DNA of 64,000 nucleotides from the human T2T-CHM13v2.0 reference genome, Homo sapiens. The stretch lies in assembly GCF_009914755.1 (NCBI RefSeq), contig NC_060929.1. The stretch is one strand, 5' to 3'. This document shows, piece after piece, positions 47,009 through 63,551 of the stretch (position 1 is its first letter; every line of letters starts with the position of its first letter). The notes below the pieces were generated by a model. The model had not been told where the DNA came from and did no database searches. It worked only from the letters and a program-made list of their open reading frames with translations. The translations under genes and the position numbers were made by a program.

Positions 47009-47284
47009 TACTGTACAACTGTGTTAGAAAGACAATACAAAACACCTGCTGGTCTTTCACCTCCCATTTCATCCTTGCTACTTCACAGCAGCAAAATATA
47101 TAAAGCACAACACCTAGTCTTCCCACTGTCACTCAGAGGGCAAGACAGAGTTCTCAGTTATACTGTGAGGTATATCATGTTGGAACACACATATTAAGTT
47201 GAGGCAATTTAAAGATTTGAACAAAGCTTACCTTATTAATTTTGAGAACACTAAAATGTGCGGCATAGAGAAGTGCAAGAGTGA

Positions 47285-48575
47285 TTTTTTCCAGGTTTAT
47301 TAAGGTATGATTGACAAATAAAAGTTTTATATATTTAGAGTGAAAATTCTGATGTTTTACCTGTTGTTAACTTGTATAAGTGTCTATGCATTAAAGTGAT
47401 TTAATTTGGCTTACTTGAGAAAATGTTTTTCGAAGAAACTTAAAATTCTGATTAAATAATTTGTACTGTGAGGACAAAGCAACATGCTGCAATAGAAGCT
47501 TACAGCATTCACTGCCCCTCCACCCCTTGCAGGAACACCAAATTTTAACAACTATCTGCACACAAAAAAGCACAATCACAAAACCAAAAAACAGGTGAGC
47601 AAACATAGTACCTGTTTTTAATCTTGTATTACTGAAAGAGACATTGAAGAGGGCAGGAGTGACAGTCTTGAATCACCAACAGCATCCCTCCTCCATTCCC
47701 TAGCAGCAGCTGTGCAGCTGGGAGAGCGTGTGCCCTTGAGAGAGGGAGAGTGTAGTTATGGGGACTTTAAATTTAACTTGGTGTTGCCCTGTCACAGCAG
47801 GGAGCACAGCCCTGCTGGGCTCAATCAGTTACTTGGAATCCCTTCCATTCTGGAATATATCCTTGTTGAAATAAATATCTACTCCAGTTTTGGGCTTTCC
47901 TTCTGTGACTTTGAAACACTGAGCAGCTTTACCATTAGAGGGTTTTACACAATGATAGACATGTTCATGTTATGTCTCATGGAGCACTGCCTCAGATCAA
48001 AGGGTTTGTTAATGACAGAGGAGATACAATAATTGACTGACAACATGAGATTCACTGATTTTATCATGTTACACTAAATCCCAGAAACAGGTGGCTTGAA
48101 AAAGTGATGAAATGGCCTGTTGATAATATAGCTAAGGTTCCAACTCCAGGTAACACTTTGCCTATTGGAGTATAATCTTACAGGTTGTGGTATATAAACT
48201 CAGTCAATAGCGAATGTATAAAATGTGCCCTCAAGAACTAGAAACACTAGTTTAAGGATCAAGAAATAGAAGTAACATTGCTTCTTCCTACCATCAATTC
48301 TGATGTTTTAATCTCTCTATATATTGTAAAATGATTACCAAAATTAAGCTAATCATATATGAACATATCCATCACCCCAATAGTTACCATTTGTTGGTTG
48401 CTTTTATTTTTATTATTTTTTTTATTTTTGTAGGGAGAATACTTGAGATCCACCCTTAGTAAAATTCAGGTATACCATACATTATTATTAATTATATAAT
48501 GACTATTCTTATTATACTCACCATGCTTTACATCATGTCTCCAGTACTTTGAAGATTTGTACCCTTTGATCGATT
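47285..48575 (-). mobile_element. L1MA8/9-type 3' end, split into 47285-47359 and 48296-48575 by an insertion
   Basis: tttattaaggtatgattgacaaataaaa...tgatgtttta continues colinearly at 48296+ with tatattgtaaaatgattacca...aacatatccatcacc. Confidence 0.85.
47360..48295. other. Composite templated insertion (inverted copy of 44701-45183 joined to inverted copy of 51766-52240) with 15-bp TSD
   Basis: TSD aattctgatgtttta at 47345-47359 and 48296-48310; both halves align by eye to their local donors; internal junction at the 4-bp microhomology cagt (47826-47829). Confidence 0.92.
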
Positions 48576-49188
48576 TTTAAAGTAACAGAATTTCATTAAT
48601 TAAATGAAACTAAAATTTGAAAGTTAATTAATTTCTGTTTCAGTAATTGGAAAACAGGCCCGATGTAAAAGAAAATGCACATTGATGGGGGGGAAATTAA
48701 ATTTCCACAAGTTGTACACTTAGAAAAATTTAAACAGAAAATGTATTCATTAAATCTAGAAGCCTGGAATAAGAAGATAAAACAACAGAATAAGATAAAA
48801 AGGAGAGTTTGAATTCAGAAAAAAAAATAGATTGCAAAATAACAAATTAGAGAATTAAGAAATATATTAGTAGAAGCAAATTAGAATATTTCTGAAAATA
48901 TTTTTACTGGCATTAAAGAAAAGTATGAGGAAATTCAATGTAAAGTTGGAAATAAGAAATAATATGATTTAAGCAACTAGAAAGAATATAATAGAGAATA
49001 CAAACAAAATGATGCAGTGATAGGATAATTGTCCTGTAAAAAACATAGAACACAACCACAAACGGAACCTCCTGTAGGATCTTTAGACATGACAAGAAGC
49101 TCTCTAAAAATAAGAAATAACTGTGTTAAAGAAAGCAGTAATCATTCTTTTATTCTTACTGATTCATTCTTTTATTCTTCCTGATTCA

Positions 49189-49340
49189 TTTTTTTTTTTT
49201 TTTCTTAGTGCCTGGAACAATCCTTTTTTGTTTGTTTGTTTGTTTGTTTGTTTGTTTGTTTGTTTATTATACTTTAAGTTTTAGGGTACATGTGCACATT
49301 GTGCAGGTTAGTTACATATGTATACATGTGCCATGCTGGT
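49189..49340 (-). mobile_element. Severely 5'-truncated young L1 (L1PA2/L1HS-like, ~77 nt of 3'UTR) with (AAAC)n tail, 20-bp extra segment and second poly(A)
   Basis: ttattatactttaagttttagggtacatgtgcacattgtgcagg...gccatgctggt at 49264-49340; (TTTG)n at 49224-49263; cttagtgcctggaacaatcc at 49204-49223; T15 at 49189-49203. Confidence 0.9.
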
Positions 49341-49766
49341 TCATTCTTTTATTCTTTCTTCTTGAAATAGAACAACCTGGCTTTCCTTGCACAGTGTGGT
49401 GGAGTTGGACAATTCTTGGGATTCATTGTAATGATGTGTGACCATTGAGCATGTTTGTGCCAAGGGTGCAAGCAAATGTGACATGCAGTTTAGAGGCCAC
49501 ATATTTATAAACAACATTTTTAACCTTTCCTTTTGATGTCATTAGATGAGAGTAAATTAATCAAAACCAATGTATTAATCCACAACAATGAAGAGAATAG
49601 AAGTTGATCCAGCAACATAAAATTTATCAAAAGTTTCTGCAATCTGAGAAAGATAAAAGTATATTAACAATAAATAGAGTACATCTAAAAATCTACTACT
49701 GGAAGATTCTCCATGTTTACTACAGTAAAAGGTTACTATCTGTTACACAGTGAACTTGCCATCAAT

Positions 49767-49767
49767 A

Positions 49768-49805
<38 letters not shown>

Positions 49806-49825
49806 CACAGAAAGAGAGAGAGAGA
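49767..49825. repeat. Compound (CA)n(GA)n microsatellite
   Basis: Visible directly in sequence. Confidence 0.92.
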
Positions 49826-50229
49826 AATTTAAAAAGTAAACTAGAAAATGCTTTAGATTTGAAGACATTTGTAAAAGGCAGGAATGACAAATGTGGTCGA
49901 AAAACAGGAAATAATGATTGTATAAAGGATTGTCAGCTCTCTAAACGTGGTCTTAATAACAAGAAGTAAAAATTAAAGAATTCTCTAAATACATTTATTG
50001 AATAGTTTGATATTGAATATTGAAAAATTGTGCAAACTACTGTGGGTATACCATTACTTAAGAATAAAGACCTCCATATTCTGGTATTCTAAGGAAGCCT
50101 CTTGTATATTTAGCTCATCTTACTCAAGTGTTGACAGAGTAACAACTTAAATGACAATTTGAGGAAGCAATAAAAAATACTAGCTTGGATATTTCAACAT
50201 TCAATTCCATAAAAAGATGTAGGTTGTAT

Positions 50230-50440
50230 TTTAGATGAAAAATTAAATCATCACAATAACCCAATGCAATGTGCAAACACTGGTTGTATTCTGATTCAAA
50301 ATGAATACTTGAAAAGATATCCAAAGAGATATGCAATTAAATTATGGAATTATGACTCATCTTTGATGCTGTAATAATGGTACTGTGGTTATGCAGAAGA
50401 ATGTCTTTATTTCTAGAGATGTATGCTTACGAGTCATGGT
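50230..50440 (+). mobile_element. L1MC/L1ME 3'UTR fragment, resuming at ~54195-54345 beyond the ERVL
   Basis: aatgcaatgtg...taataatggtactgtggttatg...tagagatgtatgct; the continuation tgcaactgacttttaaatggtt...aacaattgttgactctagg appears after the provirus. Confidence 0.6.
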
Positions 50441-50444
50441 ACTT

Positions 50445-53400
50445 GTCTTAGCCCATGTTTTCTAGAAAACAGAAGCTGAGACAGAAGCTGATGAGCATGA
50501 GGATAAATGCAAGCTAGCAGGGAGGACATGCAAAATTAAGAGAGTAGATTAAATATTAGAAACACAGCTTTGCAAAAACAAAACAAACAAAAAAAAACAA
50601 GGCTGTTTGGCCTGTTTTGTAGGAAATGTGCAGAGAGACTGCATGAAACTAGTTTCCTGGAATAGACCCTTTGGGTATTAGATGGCAAGCTATCTATCTA
50701 TTACTTCTTCCTATCTCTAATCTCTTATATCGTATGGGTCAAAATTCAACCCATATGGAGTTAACTCTGTTCACGTTGTGTTTCATGGCCCCATCAGACA
50801 GCTCTTCCTGAAGGAAAATACTCTTGTTTGTCCAGTCCAGCCAGGCCCTGGTCATGGATTTCTTCTGTCACTAGGTAGAACACATTGGGTTCTCTGGTAT
50901 CTGATGGAAGCAATACCAGCAACATAAACTGGAATCCTACCACTAAAACAGTCAGGAAACTTGTAACCTTTACGCTGACTAGGAAGCAAGACAAGCAGCC
51001 AGGCTGGAGGTGGTTGGGGGGATAGTGGGAGGAGCCAAGCAGATCTGGCGTGGAACATAATTTGGGCCTGGTATGATCCTCTGCTCATGCTACTAAGAAT
51101 GTCTCACATAATTTTGCAGTGACTATACATTCCATGCGATCAAGACCCTCTCACTTCTTTTTGGAAGGGAGATGAATATTCAATCTTTCAAGGTGAAGGG
51201 TAGTTGCAATCACCAAAAATTGCATTCAAGGAGTGTTAGCAAACAAATCTATTATCCTCATGCTGCAGGTGACTGTGAAGCAAAATTGATATTTTTCACT
51301 TCCCATTTTTATCACTTATTCTAGAGTTTAATTACATTTCTCCAGATTTTCATGTGTTCTAGGTTGCTTACCTGCCAAGTGTTCTAGTGATCCTTCCCCA
51401 AATATTCCAAACTCTTAACTCTGTTAAAGATACACAGTTTTTATAGCTCCCTATTTAGATTAATCACTGATCATATTCCAAGTAAGTCCAATGGACTCCA
51501 GGAACACTCTTTTCTGATTAATTTTGCATGGGCAACCAGTTTCTCTTGATAATGAGGATTGATTTCTCTAGCCAGTTCTACTACTCATATCATTGTCCGA
51601 TAACTCAATAGGATAAAAACTTCAAAAGTAGTCAGTTAACAGTGAAATTTTCCAATTAGTAGAATTCTTACTGTGTCTTGCAGTAGAAATATACTACCCA
51701 CACTTGTGAATCAGAACTTCTAATTTAGCAGAGCTTACATTTCAAAGAGACCAAGTGACAAAGTGTGATGATAGGAAGAGGCAATGTTAATTGTATTCCT
51801 TGATCATCAAGCTAGTGTTTCTTGCTTTTGAGAACACATAGCTCTATGCATTTGCTATTGAGTGAGTTCATATACCACAATCTCTATGACTATACTCTAA
51901 AAAGGCAAAGTGTTACCTGAGGTTGGAATCTTAGCTGTACCATCAACAGGCCATTTCATCATTTGTTCAAGCCACCTGTTTCTGGGATTTAGTGTAATGT
52001 GGTAAAATCAGTAAATCTCATATTGTGAGTCAACTATTGCTTCTCCTTTGCCATTAACAAGCCCTTTGATCTGAGGCAGTTTTCTATGGGATATAATATG
52101 GATGTGTCTGTCATGGTGTAAAACCTTCTAATGGTAATACTGCTCAATGTTTCAAAGTCACAGAAGAATAGCCCAAAACTAGAGTAGATAGTTATTTCAA
52201 TAAGGATATACTCCAGAATGGAAGAGATTCAAAGTAACTGTTCTGCCCCAAGATGAGTAGCAGGTGTTGCTGAGAAAGCCTCAAGGGGGAAAAATTAGTT
52301 TCCAATTCCAGTTACTTGGGAATTCAGTAGTGAAAACAACTACCTCAATCTTGCTAAAGAGGACTCTATTGGTAGGATAATCCATATATTTCTTCATGGA
52401 TAGCCAAGGTGGAAGGACGTTTGATGTCCATTAGATGAGTCTTCCTGTCTACCTGGTTTTTAGGTTTTCATAAATGCTCACTTGTGGCCACTAAAATAAG
52501 ACATAAAGATCAGTACAGGTTGTTCCCATTTTCAAGTTTATCCACACATGTATGTATCAGGGATACATTCCCTGAGCTTCTAGTGTTATTTTTCTATGCT
52601 TCTGACAAATTTCCTCAGTTATCCATCACAGCTGAGGAGTCAGTCCTTATCTCTACCTCAGGCCACCTCTCTCCATATTAGCTGGGTGACCCAGTGTACT
52701 GCTGCCAGCTCTGCAATTTGGAGGATTTTCTCTCACTGCCACCCTACATGGCAATGAGTGCAGCTTAATATACCAGCAGCCTTTTCTTTGGTGGCACCAA
52801 CATATTGCATCTATTCATCTGTGAGCCTGGCCCAAGTCCCTTCCTCCAGTGCAGTTGATCATAGAGGATGTCCTAAGAGGCCAGTGTTTGTTCAGGGAGC
52901 AATACACGTAGGTGACAAGAGAATCCAGGACATTGATTCATCTAATTTTTTCATGCTATCTGGACAGACTTGAGTCTGATCCCTCATGTTCCATTTCTAT
53001 TTTCTAATGGATTGTTGCTGTTTCTACTCCTGCAAAATATCTGACTCAATTCATCTGAGAACAAGCTGATCATTGGCTGCTCCTGCCCACAGCCACTAGG
53101 TGTCCCATGTTCAGCTGCTCAGTCTCTGTTAGGGCCTGGTAGCACTCCAGGAGTACAGTTGCTCAGAGACAGCAACGAGATGTGGCTCTCCTTTATGTGA
53201 CTCTCCTTTAAGCTGCCACAGAAGCCCTCCAGCTTTCACTGTATGCCTTTAAGTTGACAGCAGCTGCCATTTACCTGTCACTGTCTTTTGAAGACTTTCA
53301 TTGCCATCAGAAAATGTCACTCTACATCTGTGTCTTTGAAATTATAATTGTGCCAGGCAAGTTACAAGTAGCAGCCACTTATCTCTCACTACATATTTTT

Positions 53401-54195
53401 CACATCTATATCATAATGATGTCACTGCATATCAGGATCATGACCTTCCTTTTACCAAGAACAATGTGATTTCAACTGCATTCAAACTGAAAAGCAACCC
53501 AACTACAAAATCCAGCTCCAAGGGTCTATTTTCTAGTGACTGATATTCCTGGTACCAACTGTACCAACTTCTAAAAAAGCAGAGCCTGAGAAAAAAAGTA
53601 TGTGTGCTAACACTTAATAAGGGGTGTGGGGGAAAATTTGAGAGAAGCAAGCATGAGAGGAATGGGGAAGCAAGGCAGAAAAAGAGGGAGAACAATTACT
53701 AGAGGCTGTGATCTTGAATTGGCCACAGTTTCACAAATGGTCATTAGGCTTCACAGCCTCTTCCAGAGAGGCTGCAAATCTACTGCATCTTCTGTCTGTG
53801 AGGCGGGAAAAGAGGGAGGAAAAGCAATCTGTCATTTGCTTCTTCCTTTCCACTCCTGTGTCCCATTATCAAAGTCAATCCTATGAATCTTAGCTGCCAA
53901 ATTTCCAGGTTGTAACACCTGACCACCATGTAGCATATGGTGAAGCCAGAGTCTTTTTAGTCCCATTTGGCCAAGGAGTAGTTGCAGGGCCTCTTCCTGC
54001 AGGGACCGGTGTATTGGGAATCTTCAGACTGTAATAGGGGCAGCAGCAGCACCAATGTCCATAATTTTACAATTCTGGAAGTGACATAAGCCTTTGGCAA
54101 GGCTGTTCTGGTAAGAAAACATGACAAAGAGCTGAGGCTTGAGAAAGAGAGAATGAAGACTTCTAGGGTATTCCATACCCTGGATCTGGTAGAAA
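50445..54195 (-). mobile_element. Ancient ERVL provirus relic: 3' LTR ~50445-51073, internal ~51074-53559, 5' LTR ~53560-54195 (LTR40/41/52-like)
   Basis: Minus-strand decayed pol: connection/RNaseH-like YQALTETEQLNMGH (~53.1 kb), NQVDRKTHLMD (~52.45 kb), integrase-like ILIEITIYSSFG (~52.2 kb), dUTPase-like LAREINPHYQ (~51.56 kb). Internal region starts gttggtaccagg next to the 5' LTR. Confidence 0.75.
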
Positions 54196-55846
54196 TTTGC
54201 AACTGACTTTTAAATGGTTAAAAAAAAAAGTTAGATAAAGTATAGTAAAATAGTAACAATTGTTGACTCTAGGGAGGATACACATGCATGCACACGCTCC
54301 AAATTTATTTGAAATGTTCCTTACATCAAAGTTAAGAATAAACATGATTTCTGAAAAAGGAAAATGTCAAAAGTAAAATTAGAGCTCTTGAAAATATAGG
54401 GGATGTATAGTATCAACCTACAAAGCATAACATTTCTTTTTCTAACATTTCAATGCCTTTTAATGTTTTTAAAATTATTTATAAACATTAAAAAATGTTT
54501 TGTTTAAAACCAATAGATGCTCTACTTTATTTTACTACGATTATTTCTATATCTGTTTATATGTACATAACAAGTTAACATGAAATTCTTCCAACCCAAT
54601 TTCAGCTAACTTATGGAGGCAATAGATGCCACTACATTTCAAAGTGAATGGTAAAACAGATAACAATGGAAAATTTTATACAAAGTGGCCACAAACCTGT
54701 TAAAAAAAACTCACTAGCATGGAGATTATGTAAGGATAGGATTTTTGAGCCTGGAGAGTTTGGGGGTTTTGAGGGGGAATTGTTTGAAATACCTTGAGGA
54801 TTACTTTGGAGGGTAGGAGGGAGTAAACGGTCCTTCACCTCAAGTCAGCTGAGCAGGGTTTCTATGGAAATTTGTTTTGTACAACCACTAGACACAGTGT
54901 GAGATGTGACTCACTTCTTAGTAAACTGAAAGTGGAGAGACTCACTAGAGCGACCAGGATAGCAGATAAATTGGAGCTTGGGGTCACTTAAAAGTGATGT
55001 GAGTCTGATCAAGAAGCTTCTGCAAGAGAGGAGCCTGCAGCCAACTTTCAGCCTCATGTACAGATAAGATGACTTAATGTTAAATCACTTTCAAATTTTG
55101 ATTATTACATAGCAGTATGCATTTTTAATTATTGAATTGGGACAATTTTGCTTTTTAAAGTAACCATATGATATTACCTTAGAGTGAACAAAAGACTCAA
55201 TAGGCTTGTGCATGTTATCATTTAAAGTTAAGAATTTATTGAGCACTTAGGATTTTAAAGGGCAATGTGAGACTAAAATAAAATATTTTTATTATTTTAT
55301 CTTTTGATTCATGTTTTGTTTAATAAGTCTTTTAAACAAACACAGAATTTTGAGGTTCATTTAATAATAAAAGTGGCAACTTTTATGAAGACATTTTTGC
55401 TTATTTCTCTGAATTTTGTTTGTCTAATTGTTAATAATTATGTATATAGAACCATAAAAAATAAACACATAATACAAAATAAACATTTTTAAACATTTGA
55501 TTTTATTTTGGATCCTCTCAAAATAAATGCATATCTATAATATAGATATGTATTTATATGTTCTTATTTTTATGGGTTTGAATCATTATTTCAACATTTA
55601 AAATTATGGACGTTTATAGTTGTTTTTATATTTTATCAAAATCTTAAGGAATGCTATTTTAATTATAACAGCTTTCCTTTTGGAAACTACAGTCCGCTTT
55701 TAAGATATTACTTTATGATTCTAGAAATGGAAGGAAGGAACTGTCTGCTGCCTGTGTCTATAGAGAAGCCAGAGAAATTCACAGGAGTTGGAAACAGTGG
55801 GGTAGGAGGAAGTTAGGTGGGAGTGGCAAGGCAGATGGAATCTGAT

Positions 55847-55950
55847 GCCCCTTCCTTTCCTTCCTTTCCTTCCTTTCCTTCCTTCCTTCCTTCTTCTCTC
55901 TCTCTCCTTCTTTTTCTTTCTTTCTGAATTTCTTCTTTTCTTCCTTTTCT
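55847..55950. repeat. Polypyrimidine (CCTT/CTTT)n tract
   Basis: ~100 nt almost purely pyrimidine on the + strand, including three ccttccttt units. Confidence 0.9.
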
Positions 55951-58900
55951 TGTGGGAGGAGTTACACTTAATCTACGTAATAAAGCAGAGGGGCAAACTT
56001 CTGCTTTCTTTCTGCCTCTTGAGAAATGTCACCCTTTGAAAGAATCAGCTCTAGCTGCAGTGCTGTTTAGCAGATAGGCTTGTCTTTGTTCTACACAGAA
56101 AATTCTCACCAGGCTTTTCTCTTTAGATCAGAGTCTCGATTTCTCTTCTCATTTCTCCCCCCAAAAACGATTGATCTCTATCTGGATCGAAATGTTCACA
56201 GGCAAATATCATATGGACTGGTTTCAAGTCTTAAGGTATTCGGTGTTTTTCACCACTTCTGTTAAACACACGCATACATACAGACACGGACTTACTAATC
56301 ATGTTGTATAGTCATGGCATAGCATTTAATATTGTCAGTCCCAATTTCTATATCTATATATCTATATAACAGGAATAAGTAACATTGGCTCCAAAATCTG
56401 TAATATATAGTGAGGAGAACACATGAGATACTGTAGGTAAGAGTACATTTAAACAACAAGTCTCTATACATGATTTTATTATAGTGATTCTACCAGTGTT
56501 CAAAGACAACAGCCTGTCACTAGAGCTTTAAATTACCTAAATTCAGAACATTATTTTTAATGAACTGAAATTTAGACAAATATAACTTTTACAGTATCTA
56601 TCGTTTGCAACTTTCTACAGTAAAGGAAATATAACAAAATGCAATGTTGAAAGCAGTATAGTGAAAAATATTTCAGGTAAATTAAGCTTTCTGTGCGTAT
56701 AAAGAGACAGAAAAAATATTTAAAATAAAATAACGTACATATTTGAAGTCATAATGACTTCACAATATCAAGCTATCACAACATTAAGGCCATGTACAGC
56801 AAAGGGCTGATGAGTCTACAATGTACACGAAACAGAAAATCTACTGATTGTTATCTCTACTTTTATAAATTTTAACCTCAGAAAACCTGTGATAAAAGGC
56901 TTAAAATTTTTCTGCTTCTCATTTTTGAAATATAATTAAGCTTCAGTCCTATTATTTCATGACAATGGAAAAGTCATTGATTGTGCTGCTTTTGAAATCC
57001 TGTATCACATTAGGCACTTTCTAATAATGATGCCCTTGGCTTAAGAAAAAGAAGAGAAAATTGTCTTGACCTAATTAAAAACTCTGAAGATCTTCTCTAT
57101 TATTTTTTCGTACAACTTATTTGGGCCACATGCCAATTAAAGAATGAACATTTTAAAAAATCTGTCAGATGGAGATAAAATAAAATGATATATGTTAAAA
57201 TAACTCAGATTTTCAGAAGTGAGATTTGTCAGACTACATAAAAATTTGTGAGCAGAATGCACATCAGTGAAGTTTCAAAATGAGGTCACATTCATCTTTG
57301 TTAATCTCAAGTACCTTAGATCCAAGAAAAGGGCATGGCTGTGCCAAGAAAGGAGAGTCTGTAGAATAAAAGCATCTCTTTTCAAGCGTAATTACAAACT
57401 TCAGTGAATAATGAAGAATCTCTTGTTACCTCGGTACCACCTATCTTCTTTCATTTTCTATTACAATGAGATAACCCCCATTATTATTTCTGAGTGAATC
57501 TGGAGCCATGAAACTACAGACAGCTTGGAATGTTTTCAACTTGCAGTTTTCACGCTAAGTCAGAACTATTTGAATTCACACATGTATTTGAGCAAGTCAA
57601 CATATGAAATGAAGTTCGGTCTTCTGTTATGCCTTCAAAATACTAACTAGATTCACTATTGCCTAACACATCAAAATCTATTTTCATGAAATCCCTGAAA
57701 TCTGTCTTTCCTTATCCCTCTCTCATTTACAATTATCCCCTTCTCCCTTGTGTTCTGTGGTTTTCTATCACATTGTATGAAATAGTCCAAAAGCTGCTGT
57801 TTTCTTGGTTTTGTGCATAATATTTTATGACAATGCATTTTCCTTCTGTTATTAATTCTTAGCCGTGTACATACATACCCATTAACTCTAACATTTGTTT
57901 TGTCTCAGAATACTGCTTCATATTTATTTATATTTGACTTCATAAATGCAAATTATTTAATAATTGATATTGTATCTCCTTTTAATAAATAGCACTTTCT
58001 TTTCATATAAACTTAGAAAATACAGATAATTGTACAATGTTTTATTAATATGATCCAAAACTTTAATTGTCTTCCAATTGACCAGATTTTAAAAAAATAA
58101 GATTTTGCCAGTTTTACATAAAAGGTTTTCTATAGTATGCCCCTAATTAAGCTACTCTCCACTGGAAATTTCGGTCTTATTCTATACTCCTGCCAAAATA
58201 AATTTTCCCCGTACCCAAGAATCCTCCTCTGGATACCTTCCTCAGTGTCTTTGTTTATGACATTGTCCTTTATCTAGTCTTTGATGATCTCTGAATGTCA
58301 AATAGCCAACCTTCAGAATCCATTGTAAATAGTTCCTCCATAATTTAATTTTTCCTATCTGTCTCTACGTGGGACAAACGATGATTTCTCAAGAATTCCT
58401 TCAAAATTTAAGTTTATTGGTACCTTTTTTTATGAGACAGCACAAGATTTCATAATTCCTTGTATGTATTAGATATTTGAGTATTAGCTGTCCATGTGTA
58501 TATTTAAATGAAGAGAGATTATTTTGAAATCTGCACATCTATGGAAAGGAATTTGGTTTCTGTAATGGAAAATGTGGCTCGGTAATCTGCTAGACTCAGG
58601 AGGGCTAGATATATGGGAAAAATAACTCTACAACAAGGTTAATTGGCTTAGTAGAAGAAAATCACCAGGACACTGGGCAAAGTAGGGGAATGGAAAGGTA
58701 CTTCTTATAAAAACAAGACTGACTTGGACATTTAAAAAAAAAAAAGAATAGTCTTTTATACATTAAAACAACTTAATAGAAGTTAATTAGATTTTTCTAG
58801 AAAACATTATAAAATTGCCTGCACAAACACATACGCACAAGCTATAGCCATAATATTAAAAATAAAGTGAACAAATAAAATTTTCAGTTGCTGATAACCC

Positions 58901-59289
58901 TCAGGTTTTTGGGTCAGTGCAACAGCACATGAATAATAATAACCTATAAAAAGATCTTCAGAAAACCTATTTGTATATTAGCAAATGAAACAAATCTTCA
59001 AACAAGAGGTTAATGAAAATGCATTTAACCTAGAAAAGAATTGTTACTGAGTGAATACAACAAATGGCTTAAACCTTCAACTTTGTGTGAACCTGTTCAA
59101 ACAGTGATTAGTGAATATAATAGAAATAAAATGAAGAGATATTTCGCAAAATAGTCAGTAAACTTATGGTGATCATTTCCAGCAAAGTAATCATGTAAGC
59201 TAAAAATCAAAGAGTTCACCAAATGTTTGTACTTACCTGAGTGCAAAAAATTATATATGCATAATGCATGTCTTATTATCACATATCTT

Positions 59290-59403
59290 TGCACTTAAAA
59301 TATTTGCTCACATTCTCTCTTTTCCACTAGTGTGTGAGAGCCCAGTGTCCAGTATAGTTACTCATTAAATGTTTGATAAATCAATAAATACATGAATGAA
59401 TCA
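59290..59403 (+). mobile_element. L2 3' terminus
   Basis: actcattaaatgtttgataaatcaataaatacatgaatgaat is an L2-type tail. Confidence 0.6.
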
Positions 59404-59668
59404 AACAGTGGGAAGTTGTGTGGTAAATGCCATATTTTTTTTTTTTTAATTTTTTTTTTTTTTATTATACTCTAAGTTTTAGGGTACATGTGCACATTGT
59501 GCAGGTTAGTTACATATGTATACATGTGCCATGCTGGTGCGCTGCACCCACTAACGTGTCATCTAGCATTAGGTATATCTCCCAATGCTATCCCTCCCCC
59601 CTCCCCCGACCCCACCACAGTCCCCAGAGTGTGATATTCCCCTTCCTGTGTCCATGTGATCTCATTGT

Positions 59669-63503
<3,835 letters not shown>

Positions 63504-63551
63504 TTATTTTGCTCGTTAGTTGATGCAGTTTCTTCCTAGTCTCGATGGTCT

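Noticed and set aside
47815-47845. Back-splice (retro-circRNA) origin of the composite insert: downstream segment precedes upstream segment, with AAA|GTAACT at 52233 and tgcAG at 44698 close to the junction
   Set aside because: Splicing predicts ...caaa-gcactg..., but the junction retains gtaactg; ACTG microhomology explains it with fewer changes. Disfavoured, not strictly excluded.
49264-49340. Local duplication of the 59462-59538 L1 end
   Set aside because: Explained by family identity; it differs at the diagnostic base (actttaag vs actctaag) and has a different tail.
49142-49360. CRISPR-like or functional array from the 22-bp repeats
   Set aside because: Only about three adjacent low-complexity units, no unique spacers, eukaryotic context.
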